50,600 nucleotides of DNA from contig KZ538731.1 of the NCBI GenBank assembly GCA_000934665.2, positions 1-50,600 of the forward strand, in the 5' to 3' direction. Numbering within the stretch: the stretch's first letter is position 1; each line of letters begins with the position of its first letter. Shown here piece after piece: positions 36,317-49,001 of this stretch. Both the position numbers and the translations under genes were made by a program. The notes beneath the pieces were generated by a model. The model was not told the DNA's origin and did not search any database. It saw nothing but the letters and a program-made list of their open reading frames with translations. The stretch comes from Catajapyx aquilonaris (taxonomy: Eukaryota).

Positions 36317-39300
36317 TCATGACACTATATCTCTTCCAAAGTGGCGTCGCAAATAAATCGACTGGGCACAGCTCTCCAACTTGGCTAACTCTTGAACAGT
36401 TGGGGCCATTTGGGCCACATGGTATTGGTATCCAGAACCTGAAAAATGGGGAGAATTTTTCATTAACACTGCCTCTCTTGCCACTCACTGAAGCCTATCT
36501 GAAGATGTTAATCTTCAGCCAACTCACCCAAGTCCTTTCTCTTCTGCCCATAGGTCACCTTACCATCAAATTCATCCATTGGAACCTTAATGTCTTGGCT
36601 CACCTGCTGAATGGTCACATTCAGATGATCCTCAATGTCTGCCAGATACTGTAAAGAGGTGTAGTTATGACATTAGCCTGCAAGTTATTGCCAGAAGAAG
36701 AAAATTATTATGCAAAATACAGTAGCAAATAATAAATTTCATTGCAATTTAGTTGCGCAATATCTTTTGGCACCATAATTAAAGGTCATTCCACTTTTAC
36801 ATGTTATATCAATAGGGTGAACCCAATGCCTAAAACAATAATGGGATCCTTGGCCTGTGCATCATGGAGCTCAGTGAAATCAATCCTAAAACAGATCTTT
36901 CTGAGTTTATGCTATGGATAATCCACCAACTTTAAACAACGACTCCAAGGTCAGACTAAACCCCTTTTGTTTTTAGTCCCCTGCAATGGTCAACACTCAA
37001 CATCCATAAAATCCATATTACCAGTTACTAGCCTATCCCAAAAAAGTTAAAAGTTTGAAAATTTGAAAATTTTGTTAACAGTTGTGAGACTTTCAGTTGA
37101 TCACTTGTGCACTTTTTGCTGCGATAGATAGTGAAACTCAGTTTTGTCCTATTTCGCCTTGTATTGAGAAAATCAGCATTTTAAATTCTCAATTTTGCAT
37201 TTTTCCTATTTAAAATTCTCATACCGGGGCTACGACACTTAGATCATTTTAAATTTATTTTTCAACCAACATTAGATGATGCCCCTATTTTTTATAGGTG
37301 CATATTGCTACTACAGGGTGCCACAATGAACCTCCCTAGTTTCAAAGAGCGGTAAAAACTAGAAATGCGGAGGTATATAAGGTTTTGGTTGTTTGCAGCC
37401 TAGAGACTCAACAAGTTTCATCCTGAATTTTTGGAACGGCCTATGTGATGCGGTGGTGCTCCTGTGGGGGATGCTGTTGGGAGATGCAAACATAACATCT
37501 ACAGAGGGAAAAACGCATGTTGTGTGGTGGTTAGACGAGCTGAAGTCAATCACAGAAGTGCTGGACTTGCTGGACATTTCGCCTTTCCACAACTCCAAGA
37601 CAGAACTCAACTGGACAATCCAAACAATGACATGTCGTCCATCACCCCTGACATACTGGAGAGAACCTTGGGGGAGTGAGATTACAGTCTTAAAATTGGG
37701 CTTGCTACTAAAGGAGCACATGTGAAAGGCTATTAATTTTTTTACATAAACTTGAAGGGGGTCCCTTCTCATTTGTACAATTTTGACACAATGGTCCAGT
37801 GACTTGTGTAATAAGAACAAGTTGAAACTAGGGAGGTTCATTGTGGACACCCTGTATAAATAATATTATATTAATGAAACTGATGATGTGTACTCTGGTT
37901 ACACAAGATAAGGTCCCTTGAAATTGATGTAATACAAAGTAAACCCATGATTTTGGGCATGTTAATAACATTAATCCCAGTTTTAATGAACAATATACTG
38001 GCAACTTTTAAAATAATGTACCATTTTTTTAAAATAAAATAATATGAAGTGCCTTCTGCCTCCACTATTCAAGTTTTAAGAAATTGCTAAATTGAGAATT
38101 CCATCTGCATAATTGGACAAAACCAGAACTAGTAGGGCAAAATTTGGACAAAACCAGAACTAGTAGGGCAAAAAAAAACAAAAAAACATACCTTCACAAT
38201 TCCACATAACATAATTTGGAGCAACTTCCACTAAAAACTCTAGTTGTACATGGCATAAACTGTCTGGGACATATCCTTTCAACATTCTAAGCCATTAAAA
38301 AGTAAAATGCTCATATGTTATAAATTCTGCACACTAACAAATACACAGTGTCTCAATTATCTTGACTTCTGTAGTTTCATGAATTCTACACAGTATGTTA
38401 TTACCATCCCTTACAGAGTCATTCCACGTATCCGTATTACCTGGATTTCCAATTACTTGGACACCTCTTAGTCCCATTTAGTCCAGATAATTAAGACTCG
38501 ACTGTAACATTTATTACATTCCCTTCATGACTGATTACTTAAAAATTTGTGCTACTCTGTAACTGACCTGAGGCTCATTGTACCACATGCAACATCCGCC
38601 CCTGTCAGTAAGGTTGGTGTTCCAGCAGTTCCTTCCACGTGAGGAACACCACTCTCCATGATACCACACCTTCTCAGGAACCATAGATACTAGGGAGATA
38701 GCCAGTCCCATTCGCTCCGCACGCCCCACACGGCCAATGCGGTGGACGTAGTTGGACTTCTCATCTGGTAGTGTCACATTTATCACTGGGAAAAAAATTG
38801 GCATACTGTTCACTGAAATGTAATGGCTAAGGCTCTAGAAATTTTTAATTCACCTTAAATAGTTAAACTTTACCATTATCTAAGCATTTACTATTCACTT
38901 GCTTCATGGTCCATAGATTGACTCAGATTTACTACTACATCCTGACTCAGTGGAGGATCTAGATGTCGTTGTTGGGGGGTGATTTGTCGCCGCGCTCCCC
39001 CCCCCNCCCCCAAACCAAATAAGCCCGCCGCATTTGCTTTTCATGCCATGTAAAATACTCCGGAAACTATGTACAAATTTTGACAATCCCTGGTAGTAGT
39101 GCAGCTAAGGCTTAACAAGATGGTTTCAAGCTGGTCCATGTAGGATAAATCCTGCCCTTTTTAAAAGCATGATGTAGTGTGGCATGGCCAGGGACTCAAC
39201 TCTGGATATAAGCAACCCTCAGTTATAGCCAACTCAAAAGGTTGGTGCTGGCATACTACCATGCATGGCCTGTGTATTTGTATACAAAAAAACCTTGATT

Positions 39301-40884
39301 ATAGCATTCTGATTTCCGCAGTCAGTTGAAGTTTCTTACATCAGGAGTTAACTAAATCATATATCAAGGTCACTGCTACAGTGTTTGAGAGAGAAAATTT
39401 ACTTACTAAATGGCATTCCTCCAATATCAATCCCTCGAGCAGCTACATCAGTGCAAATGAGAAACTTGACTTCCTTGCGTTTGAATCTCTCCAAGTTAGA
39501 CTTTCGCTCATGTGGCTTGCGATCACCATGGAGACATACACATGAGTATGGGTTGGAAGGATTGCGTGGGCCTCCACCTTCAAAGAGAAACGTAAGTAAA
39601 AATCCTGGCCATCCAATATTCAATAAAAATTTAATACTAGATATTCAAAAACTACACACCCATCTGATTGAAGTAAGCCTCTAGGTTGTCACAGTCTATC
39701 TTTGTGCGGCAGAAGATAATGGCATAATCCATCTTATGCTCATCTATGGCACGAACAGCATATTCTCCTTTCAGCATCTTCACAGCCTCTGACAGGGTTT
39801 CTAATTATCAGAAAGAGCAATTTTTAATGAGAAGAACTTATGCAATCTTTTCAAAACTTTAGTTTTTAGCATTCTTCAGTTTTTATTTATTTCAAAGCTC
39901 TATTTACTAAATGTGAGACTACGATCAGAATTTGCAGCAATGATATTCTTTTTATCACTTCAGGGCTGAATCTTCGACGTATCGCGCAAACCTGCGGGTG
40001 TGGAAGGTGTGGTAACTCCCCGTTTGCGCGCCCCTCCCGCAGGTTTGCGCAATACGTCGAAGATTCAGCCCTTAACAGTCAAGTGGATGGCACTTTCTCT
40101 TATACCTTGCTTTACAAAATTTTAATCCACACTTGCAGTACAGAAAACATTATCCATAACTGACAGTTTGCAACTCAGCTTACATTGAGGCTTGTTCTAA
40201 AAATCACTTGGGTACATACTGGAACACTGCTTAACAACTTGTTTGTTCTTGTTCCCAAGTAGGAAATTGTTGAAAGTTGAGAAACCCTTCATTTACATTT
40301 GCTTCACAAAATATGCAACCTTTTAGTTCAATACAATATAAAATTTAGTATCTATGACCAATGTCAGGTACGACCCCCAAGTATACCTTACTTTCTTTTA
40401 TTTCACTATTTTCATTTTACTTAATTTAGTACAGCACTATACAATAGCAACTCAAGAGAAAGTAAGACTTCACAAGTAAGGTTGAGTAATCTGAAGAGAG
40501 ACTAATCCCACCGAAGTACTCAGTAATTCCGGTGTACCTGGTGTGCTGTTTCCTGGCCTCACATTGTCCTGAGCATGCACCCCGTCTGTCTTAATCGGTT
40601 TCCTCATGTTTTGCCATGAAGTATCCTTCCTTGGATCAATAGGTACCACCACATGGTGTACAGTCTCAGGGACAGCATCTTCCCCTTTCAGATCAACCCA
40701 TGTGGGGAAATGCATTAACTTCTCCTGCAATGCAAGGAATTTATGCCATAAACTATAATTTTGACACTGCACACACAATCTGATATACAGGATGTCCCTG
40801 GTCTACAAACAGGGAGACATTCATGAGAAAGTCTGCAAGTTGGATTTGTACATAACTCGGATCCCTCATACACAGTGAATAGAC

Positions 40885-40926
<42 letters not shown>

Positions 40927-41233
40927 AGGGAGGCGTGGTAGTCTAGTGGTTACGCCACTGACTAGCCAAGCAGGAGGCCGGGGTTCAAATCCCGTCCCCG
41001 TCACCTCTGCTTGGCCGGGTCTTTTTCCGGTTTTCACCCGACACGCCGGGGCAGCATTGCACTTCCTTAGCTGCCCAGGGCCAGAGAAAAGGTCTGGTGA
41101 TCTGAGAGAGTCGTGAGTGACTATAAACCGTGGATGCCCCCCCTTGGGAACCATTCCCCTCCCCCCAAAACAAGCCGCAATGGCTCGAGCACGGGGTAAC
41201 AATAAAAAATTTAAAAAAAAAATACAAATAAAA

Positions 41234-41279
<46 letters not shown>

Positions 41280-44270
41280 TTCTGCTAGCGTAACAATGAT
41301 GTGGCAACGAACTGCTTCTGCCATGTGGGATTGTTTACATGTGCAGAAGCAATTTCCAAATTATTAATTGATTATACAGTATTTATGTTGAATTTGGGTG
41401 TTGTTCGACATATGCAGAAGTGATTGAGTGTGGAAGGATAATTATAAATTATCCTAATGGGGAACCTCGGGAACCCGTTCGTATGTACGGATTGCCATAA
41501 GTCGGGTCATTCGAACACCAGGGACTTCCAGTACCTTGATCTGAGCCATCTGATACTACATACATCAAAACACATCCAAACAGGAATGTATTCAAAAATA
41601 CCTTAGGCTACCAAAAAGGGCACTTATGTTGCACGGTGTCTTTCATCACTGGTATATGAGATACACTGTCAAGCTGCTTCAAGCTGTTATGCTGAACAGT
41701 AAAAATTGCAACTGATAGTTACAGTTGCTGTAACAGTTAAATATTTAAAAAGATCAGCAGCTATGCTGTATTTCTAATAAATGCAAAATGGCCCTTTAGC
41801 GTATCCTAGGTACTACAGTCTGGAATGACCAGCAAATCTTCTATGTAAATCATGTACTTACAGCCAGCTTCTTGACTTCAAATGAGTGAAGTGTGGCTGA
41901 GCACACAACCATTTGCAACCTCTTCCCATCAGCAGTAATTTTAGGGATTTGCGCATGAACCCGATTAATTAGGTCAGTGTAGCCTTGTTTCAGCAGACCA
42001 TCCGCTTCGTCCAGCACAAAAAATCTGCACTGAGTGAGTTGCAGCTGCCCTGTGGATATCAGATCCTCCATCCGTCCTGGGGTGCCCACCACTATATCCA
42101 CCCCTTCATTCAAAACTGCAATCTGGTCCTTCACACTCACCCCACCAATCACAAGTAGGTCACGAACCCTGGAAAAATACATAGTGCTGATTTTACAAGT
42201 TGGCACTAAATAGCTCATGCAATAGTTTTTTCATTTTTAAAATAGTTCACTAGTAATTACTTCATTTGAGCTTTGAAAATTCACATCACATGAAGTAAAC
42301 TTTGTACAGTAGTAGGTCCTGCTTACTTTGGATTGTCCAGATACTTTTTAAACTTGCTAATCTGCTGATAGGTCTGCTCAGCCAGCTCTCTGGAAGGTTC
42401 TATGATGATAGCCTGTGGAGAATTGGTAGTCAGCTTCACAGTCTGGGCCCCGCTGGACTCTGCTGTAACTCCTGAAGTGCGAGTGGATTCCTTTGGAGCT
42501 TTGCACATGGCAATGAAGCAATCACGTGGAGGGTGCTTGAATGATTGGTCACCAAAGTTGAACAGCATTTCAGCATTCTGTGGAAGAGCAGAATATTTAT
42601 TTACCTCGAAGGTGGTAGTAGTGGTAGTAGTAGTTGTGCCAATTTCAGGGTATTTTCGTGCCTAAAAATCCAGACTCTAGTGATGATACATGGTGAACTT
42701 TCAACACAAATGATCTCCAACAATCATAATGGACTCATATTCAGGGGTTTCCGATACAGGCCTACCGCATGTTTCAAAATGTAGCTCCCCTTAGTATCGT
42801 CTGAAATGTTGTGGACACTCCTCCTTCGAGCCCACAAAAATTTAGTCAGCCAAAAGAGCCAGATGTGCACCCCCCTGAACAACTCCCCCTCCATCTCTTC
42901 CTGTCCCTCTCTCAGGGTACCAAGAGGACTACATTTCTGTTGATTAGGTGTGAGCTAAATTATGAAATATGGAGACCCTTAGAAAAACATTTTTGGACCA
43001 GCTACATACATTCTGCCAAAGGATTCCTTATGTTTGAGAATGTTAATCTTAGTTACGCTGCATTACATATTACCTGACTATGGAAACTGATAATCTCTAC
43101 ACAACATTAAAAATACCTATTGGGAGAGCTTATCAGATCCTTATAGAAGTTTCAATACCTTCAGCACAACAGCTGGGAAAAAGGCCTCATTCTTCAGGTG
43201 TGGTGGTACCTGGAAGGCTTTTCCCAGGTCTTGCCCATTCTTTGAGAAGCTGATTTCACCCATGTCCAAATCCAAGTAACATCCAATTACATCATGCATC
43301 CCAAATGATTCACCATAATTGTCAAATTGCTTGCAGTTGGATTTCTTCCCAGTGCCTCCAAATCCAAACCCATACTTGTCAGTCCCAAGGTCCAGGACAG
43401 CTGAGGAGGTTGCCCAACCTACACGGCAAAGGCCTTCATCAGTCACAATGGTCTCATAGAAATACTTCCCTTTGCCAAAGACTCCTCTTGTGGCCCTGCA
43501 TCCATGCCATTCCTTCTGCTCACGGGACTGGCACCGAAGTCCATCTGGGGTTATGGCCATTGCCGAGTTGCGGTCAAAGAAGCTCAGGGCCATCTTTTGC
43601 TCTTTGGCCATATTAGGCTTAGACACAGTCCCCTTTCCTTGCTGCAGATCCTTTAATGTTTCCCACACTATTTGGATGATAGGCAGGCAGAAGGCCCCTG
43701 TTTTTCCACTGCCTGTTTCAGCAGCCATTAGGACGTCACCACCACCCAGGATTAAAGGAATGGCCTCTGCTTGGACATCTGTTGGAAGCCTACCAAATAA
43801 TATTTTGGGCATTAGATGTGGCAATATACATTCCTATTTCATGCAAAACTTATTTCCTGATGTTCATTTTTTTTAAAATTAGTACAGGCAGGGAGCATGT
43901 AATTAGGCAACTAATGAGAGTCCCAATAAAGGGTGATAATTGTGGCAGTCACTCATCACGCAGCACCCAGCTCAAGTAGCTCTCAGTACTTATTTGAGGT
44001 GACATCCACAGTCACCTACAAATGGTGCATGGTCGGATGCTGCATTCAATTCCTGCACTATATGGCCCTCTCCTTCAAACAACTTACATCCACTCCATTT
44101 CCTCAACTCCTTTCCCCAGCTCAGGCAGCACGGCCATCTCTGTAAGAAACAAAAGGCAACAACACGTCAGCTGGGACCAGTGCATGCCAACGGTGACAAC
44201 AGTTTTAAACGCGCCTGCCATGCATATGTAATTTGCGAAAAAAGGAGAACTTGCCTTCGAACGCGGCCAT
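36317..44270 (-). CDS. DDX1: ATP-dependent RNA helicase DDX1 (DEAD box with SPRY insertion), 11 exons, 738 aa
   Basis: Minus-strand join: 44255-44270, 44088-44139, 43159-43789, 42327-42577, 41862-42168, 40538-40724, 39660-39800, 39407-39577, 38568-38785, 36528-36648, 36317-36438 (2217 nt, phases consistent). Motifs: [47 protein letters not shown] region ([13 protein letters not shown]), [40 protein letters not shown]. Confidence 0.97.
37314..37854 (+). mobile_element. Internally deleted Tc1/mariner-superfamily transposon with remnants of transposase N- and C-termini
   Basis: TA|CAGGGTG-CCACAATGAACCTCCCTAGTTTCAA ... TTGAAACTAGGGAGGTTCATTGTGGACACCCTG|TA: ~33 bp TIR with one indel and TA duplication. 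Internal [23 protein letters not shown] (37492-37560) resembles a DUF4817-type HTH start. [31 protein letters not shown] (to 37736) resembles the C-terminus of such transposases. Confidence 0.85.
38113..38173. repeat. Exact tandem duplication, 31-bp period
   Basis: ttggacaaaaccagaactagtagggcaaaa occurs at 38113 and again at 38144. Confidence 0.9.
38344..38504. mobile_element. Degenerate Tigger-like MITE
   Basis: Left gtctcaattatcttgact matches the reverse complement of the right end (gtcttaattatctggact) at 16/18. The right end is GACTCGACTG|TA; TA on both flanks. Confidence 0.45.
39963..40071. mobile_element. Young palindromic MITE (Harbinger-like), 36-bp TIRs
   Basis: GGGCTGAATCTTCGACGTATCGCGCAAACCTGCGGG (39963-39998) pairs with 40036-40071 at 35/36. 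Flanks are TCA/TTA; GC/CpG-rich inside an AT-rich intron. Confidence 0.78.
40886..40924. repeat. (ATT)13 microsatellite
   Basis: Read directly; lies immediately 5' of the SINE. Confidence 0.95.
40928..41234 (+). mobile_element. tRNA-derived SINE (tRNA-Gly(GCC)-like head)
   Basis: A box TAGTCTAGTGG (40939-40949) and B box GGTTCAAATCC (40982-40992). GCCAAGCAGGAGGCCGGGGTTCAAATCCCG resembles tRNA-Gly GCCACGCGGGAGGCCCGGGTTCGATTCCCG. ~200-bp GC-rich body, then an A-rich tail 41201-41234. Confidence 0.85.
41234..41275. repeat. (ATT)14 microsatellite
   Basis: Read directly; lies immediately 3' of the SINE tail. Confidence 0.95.
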
Positions 44271-44655
44271 TTCTCTCTGGAATTCCTGCCGGCTATCCCC
44301 CTGACGACTCTTGAGAGTGACGTAGCCTGCCTTCGAATGTGAATTATTTCGATCCGGATATAATCCGAAAGGTACAGTACAACCACGACTGGAAGCACCT
44401 TCGAAGTGCGGGTGGCATGCGGGTACTGCGGGGTACCGAACAGGACAACTCAAACCGGCAACGACATCAGACAATCAGCAGGCGGCCTCCACAGAAATAG
44501 TATAATGGTTCCCGAATCGTCCGCAACGAACTAGAGGCGACTCCTACCCACTCGAGCTATGCGATGCGATGGCCATGCTGATCCTCAGGGCACGAAACTG
44601 ACCGGAGTCTTTTGATTTGCTGCAAGTGATTGACTGGCTGCCTGAGTGACTGTCG
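44271..44655. promoter_or_regulatory. Putative bidirectional promoter of DDX1 and EXOSC6
   Basis: Divergent ATGs only 385 bp apart; CpG-rich relative to the CpG-poor gene bodies. Confidence 0.75.
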
Positions 44656-45992
44656 ATGCCGGTGGACACCAAGCGCGTACCGGGGCCAGAGTCCTCCCAG
44701 CCCTACCAGAATTTCCTGGTGGATGACAAGGGAGGAGTGGGTCATGGCGCTAAGAAGGTTGAGTACAAGCCCATGCTGGCCAGGAACCGTCGGCAGGACG
44801 GGAAGAGGAAGCCCAAGGATCTCAGGCCCATCTGTAAGTAGACCATGAGATCTCTTCTGGCCCAGTGCTGTCAAAATATGCAGCCTGTTGCTGTAGTAGT
44901 GTAATGGATCATTGTACCTTACCTTGATGCTGTGTAGATGTGAAGACGGGTGTGGTGGGACAGGCGAAGGGCTCAGCCTACATGGAGATGGGCAACACCA
45001 AGGTCATGGCTGCCATCTATGGACCCAGGGAAATTGTCAAGAGGTCAGACTTCAGCATGAATGGAATCCTCAGCTGCAGCTTTATGAGCGCCCCATTCTC
45101 CACCACAAAGAGGCTTGGACGCATGGATGATGCTGAAGGGAAAGAGTTTGCCCTGCTGCTCAAGGAAGCACTTGAACCAGCTGTCTGTCTGGTGTGTAAT
45201 TCACTCAATACCTCTTGGGTAACAAAATTCGATTCACAAGCTGCTCTTGAAGGAATTTTCTGATGTCCCTGCAGCACCCTTCCCATCCCCAAGACACATC
45301 TGCATTGGCACCATGCACAACTTGCCTGCACCATTTGGAAAAATTCTTTGCCTTCCCCACCTTATATGCATAGCGAGATACGCAAGTGGCTTTCTTGGCC
45401 TGCACGATAAAAATATTCTACCGAAGCGAGGGTTTTTCGAGTACATAATTTAATGCTTGTGAAATTTCCTTCACCAGGCAGTTATACAGGAATTTCATAC
45501 CCCTTTAATGCAATTTGAACTAGGTTTAATTACCTCTTAATGAAGTCATTGAAAACAATGTACCATTTCCCACAGCACCAATTCCAGAAGGCGCAAGTAG
45601 ACATCCACGTTACTGTGTTGGAGAATGATGGCTCTTCCTTGGCAGTTGCCATGACATGTGCCAGTGCTGCCCTTTGTGATGCAGGAATCCCTATGTATGA
45701 TGTGCTGATTGGAACCTCCCTCAGCCAGTGGGATGACGACATTTTTGTGGACCCAACTTCCTTTGAAGAATTCAGTCCATCATCTCCACACACCAGAGAT
45801 CATTCCCAGCATGGAAATATTACCATAGCATACATGCCTTCATTAGAACAGGTAGCAGCACTTTTCCAAGAAGGACACCTCTCCATAGAGCAGGTCAACT
45901 CAGGTATAGACATTTTAGTTAATGCCTGTTTACAAACTAAACCAATCGTTCAGAATGCTCTGCTAGATGCTCTCAATAGGCGTGTTAAGTGA
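44656..45992 (+). CDS. EXOSC6: Exosome complex component MTR3 (RNase PH family), 3 exons, 282 aa
   Basis: Join 44656-44833, 44938-45191, 45576-45992; GT-AG introns, phases consistent. MPVDTKRVPGPESSQP resembles the EXOSC6 N-terminus (MPGDHRRIRGPEESQP). Also [38 protein letters not shown]..YGPRE and QVDIHVTVLENDGSSLAVAMTCASAALCDAGIPMYD. Confidence 0.93.
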
Positions 45993-46047
45993 GCACAGCA
46001 ATATTTACTGCCGGAAATTTTTGAACTGTATTTCCCATTTCCCTTTC

Positions 46048-46053
46048 AATAAA
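46048..46053 (+). promoter_or_regulatory. Candidate EXOSC6 polyadenylation signal AATAAA
   Basis: AATAAA 55 nt after the stop codon. Confidence 0.55.
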
Positions 46054-49001
46054 TATTTACACTTTATATGCAATGACTCTTTTCCTGTAAACTGCAGGGT
46101 AGTGAATTACCCTAGTGGTCAGGATTTTTTTTCCATTAATCTAGCAGTGGTTGACATTCAGTCACTCCCTGGCAGGGCTCTTGGGAAGCATTTTGCAAAT
46201 ATGAAACTGGCTAATAAAGACAGGTTGGATAAACTACAAAGCTCAGATACCTTGAGTGAATGAAAATCATGCAACTGAAAAATGGCTATGGCACAACCTC
46301 CCCTTTGGCATTATTCTTGAGTGCTGGATATAGTTTGTTACTCTTGTTTTTCCTTTATTGGTAGGATTTGTATCAGCATTTTTATCATGCTTCCAAATAT
46401 TGCACTGTATGACACGAAAACTCTGGTAAGCTATCTGCATCCCAAATAAATCCACCTGATAATTGCTCCAAATAATATGGAGAAATTGTGATAATGAACC
46501 TGCTTACATGCACAAAAAATTAAACAGCTGTAAGGAGATGATGTAATCAAATCAGAGTAATGCAATCAATGCACATCTGTCTTGAGCAGCCTTACCTCAA
46601 ATCATGGAAAAGAGCTTTGACGTAATCATCACCCAACACCTGTCAAGAAGCATTAGTAGGATGCGAGTAACTGACAACAAAGCAAAGAAAAGACTGGTGT
46701 GAAGTAACTAATAAGGCAATCAACCTTAGTGATTTTCATCCTTTTGGCCAGGACTGCACCTTCTAATATAAAACACACATGGCTCATTTTCCAAGGATTT
46801 TATTTTTCCCATTGGAAGACTTAAGGTTAAGCATCACAATCCCGACAATTAAAAGATGAGCAATGCAGTGGTTGTACTTATGCGTTGTATACATGCAACA
46901 ATGGATTCATCTACATAACAATTGAAGAGTCTTAAGTCAAATATTGCTCTGAGGGGCATACACGTACAGTAGAATCCGTCCTTAACGAACTTTGGGCACA
47001 CTGTCAATATGCCAGGGGTGTCTGGAGATTTAAGCATGTCATGTAACCCTATTCTAAAATCATATTCGTATGAGACTGCTTGACTCAGGCTTAGCGTTCA
47101 ATGAGGGTACCTTTCTCAAAGTGTAGGCTACCCAATTTTGGGAATTTCCTAATATAGAGTACTGTGGTTTTGTGGGTTCCTTGCACTCCAGTTTGGCCTG
47201 TAACATGATTTGCAAGAGACATTCACCAAGTGCAAGCCTAAGATTTTCTTCAAACTTGGCAGTTAACTGAATAGTGGAAGAGTTGGATTATAACCAAATA
47301 GCAGTATCTGAAAAATGCAAAAGCTATCAAATCCCTTTCAAAGCAGGTTTCAATATAAAATATCACATTGGGAAGTTTGCATCATTGCAGAGCACATTCA
47401 GAAGTAGTTCACTCACACACGTACCACCCTCAAGGGGTTAGAACTCTCCCATACAGTAACAGGCCTATCCCAACCATGCAAATGAAAAAAATTGGCACCT
47501 GCCTTTTCCTCACAACTAATCACAATTACCGGCATAACAAAACCACACGCACACACAACTGTTAGAATGCATCAGTAGTAATAATTAGCAGTTAATGTTT
47601 TTGGAATGGTGTAGCATTAGCATTTTGGACTGTTTAGGTTAGTTATTTCTTCCTGAGGTCCCAAGAAAACAGATTAATTGAGGCTTCTCATTGTGTAACA
47701 TTTTGGCAAAAATTACTTATGCAGTTTTTCCTTACTGAAGGTGGACTACTTACCTACCAAATTTGAAGAAAATCTAACGTCCCTTGTTAATTGAAATACG
47801 CTCACAAGAATTAGAGGAAATCAGTAGCATGCATATTTTGCTTCACACACCAAGATTTTTAGCACAAAAGACACATGATACATAGGACTATCAGGAAGCT
47901 TTCACAGTAAACATCTTGGTGTGTAAAGCAGGAGAACATCCACAGAATTCCAAAAATACTTGCTCCATCATTTGGCACAAGTGATTTTTTTAAGTATATT
48001 TTTTGCACATTTGACATGCTCATGGTCATCTTGCTATTATGTTCAGTCACTAGTAAAAATTTAAATATCAGTACATGGTGGCTCATGAGGGGATCCAAGG
48101 CAAACAATCACTATCCAGCACCTACTCTAGCCACACCATCTCATCAGCTAGTAGCATACATGCTGAGGTATTGCAGTTGTAATTCATAGTTTTATGTATT
48201 GACCTTACAATGTGGATTCAACAAATGGAAACTGCATATTCAGATGGCAACTGCAGCATATTTACTGCTTAGCTTATCAGCTGGCATGGGTGAATAGGTG
48301 TGGGTATTGGATCTTTTCAGATTGTTGCTAGAACATTGTGCGTAGCTTCCCCTTACTGCCCACAACATGGATACCAATGTGTGCATTGTATACCTCTGGC
48401 ATTCGTTAGAAACGGATTTCATAAGTCATTTTTTAAGATCAGGTCACCATCACAACGATCAGTCACATCGCTCTGATTACAAATATGAATTCTGCACTAA
48501 AAGTAGCCGCCACTGAGTAAATGCTGCGCTAGAGATTTTAACTGATCTCAGGCATGAAGCTAAGACTATCTGGTGATGGGCTCAGCAATTTCCCAAGTAG
48601 CACTTTGCATACATCTGATCACTTTTCAGTAGACAGGAATGATCTGGCTGAAAAAAAAATAGATCCTTTACTCATGAAAAATATTAAATAACAGTTAAAA
48701 ATAACACTTATATGTAACATCTAAGGTAACAATTTCCAGCCCATCACTTGCAAGGGCACTTGTAATCGGGGCGATGTATATTTTACATACACTGAACACT
48801 TTTAACAACAGATCTTATTCCACCCAAACACAATTAACAACCAGACTTTGCATGCATAACATTGTATAGCCTTTTAGTATTGAGATACATTAATTGTCGT
48901 ATGCATAGGAAGTTTTCCCAAAGGAAAGACAGAGACAGAGAAGAAGAAAGAGGAATAAATAGCGAGTAATTATTACTTTAGGTCTCTTATTTTTGTTCTG
49001 T

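Larger units (their letters stand above)
40788..41531. mobile_element. Tigger/pogo-like MITE, copy 2, interrupted by (ATT)n and a SINE
   Basis: TA|CAGGATGTCCCTGGTCTACAAACAGGG ... ACCAGGGACTTCCAG|TA. 41357-41531 aligns with ~5259-5431 and 40788-40840 aligns with 5111-5165. Confidence 0.72.

Noticed and set aside
38113..38173. CRISPR-like repeat
   Set aside because: Only two adjacent units, no spacers, eukaryotic intron.
40928..41002. Functional tRNA gene
   Set aside because: Acceptor and anticodon stems pair poorly, and it continues into a body and A-rich tail; better explained as a SINE head.
40753..41307. 184-aa ORF with poly-Ile runs
   Set aside because: Translation of (AAT)n microsatellites and the antisense strand of the SINE.
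41540..41650. Intronic C/D snoRNA in DDX1 (minus-strand GTGATGA near 41643-41649)
   Set aside because: No D box (CTGA) or terminal stem at a suitable distance.
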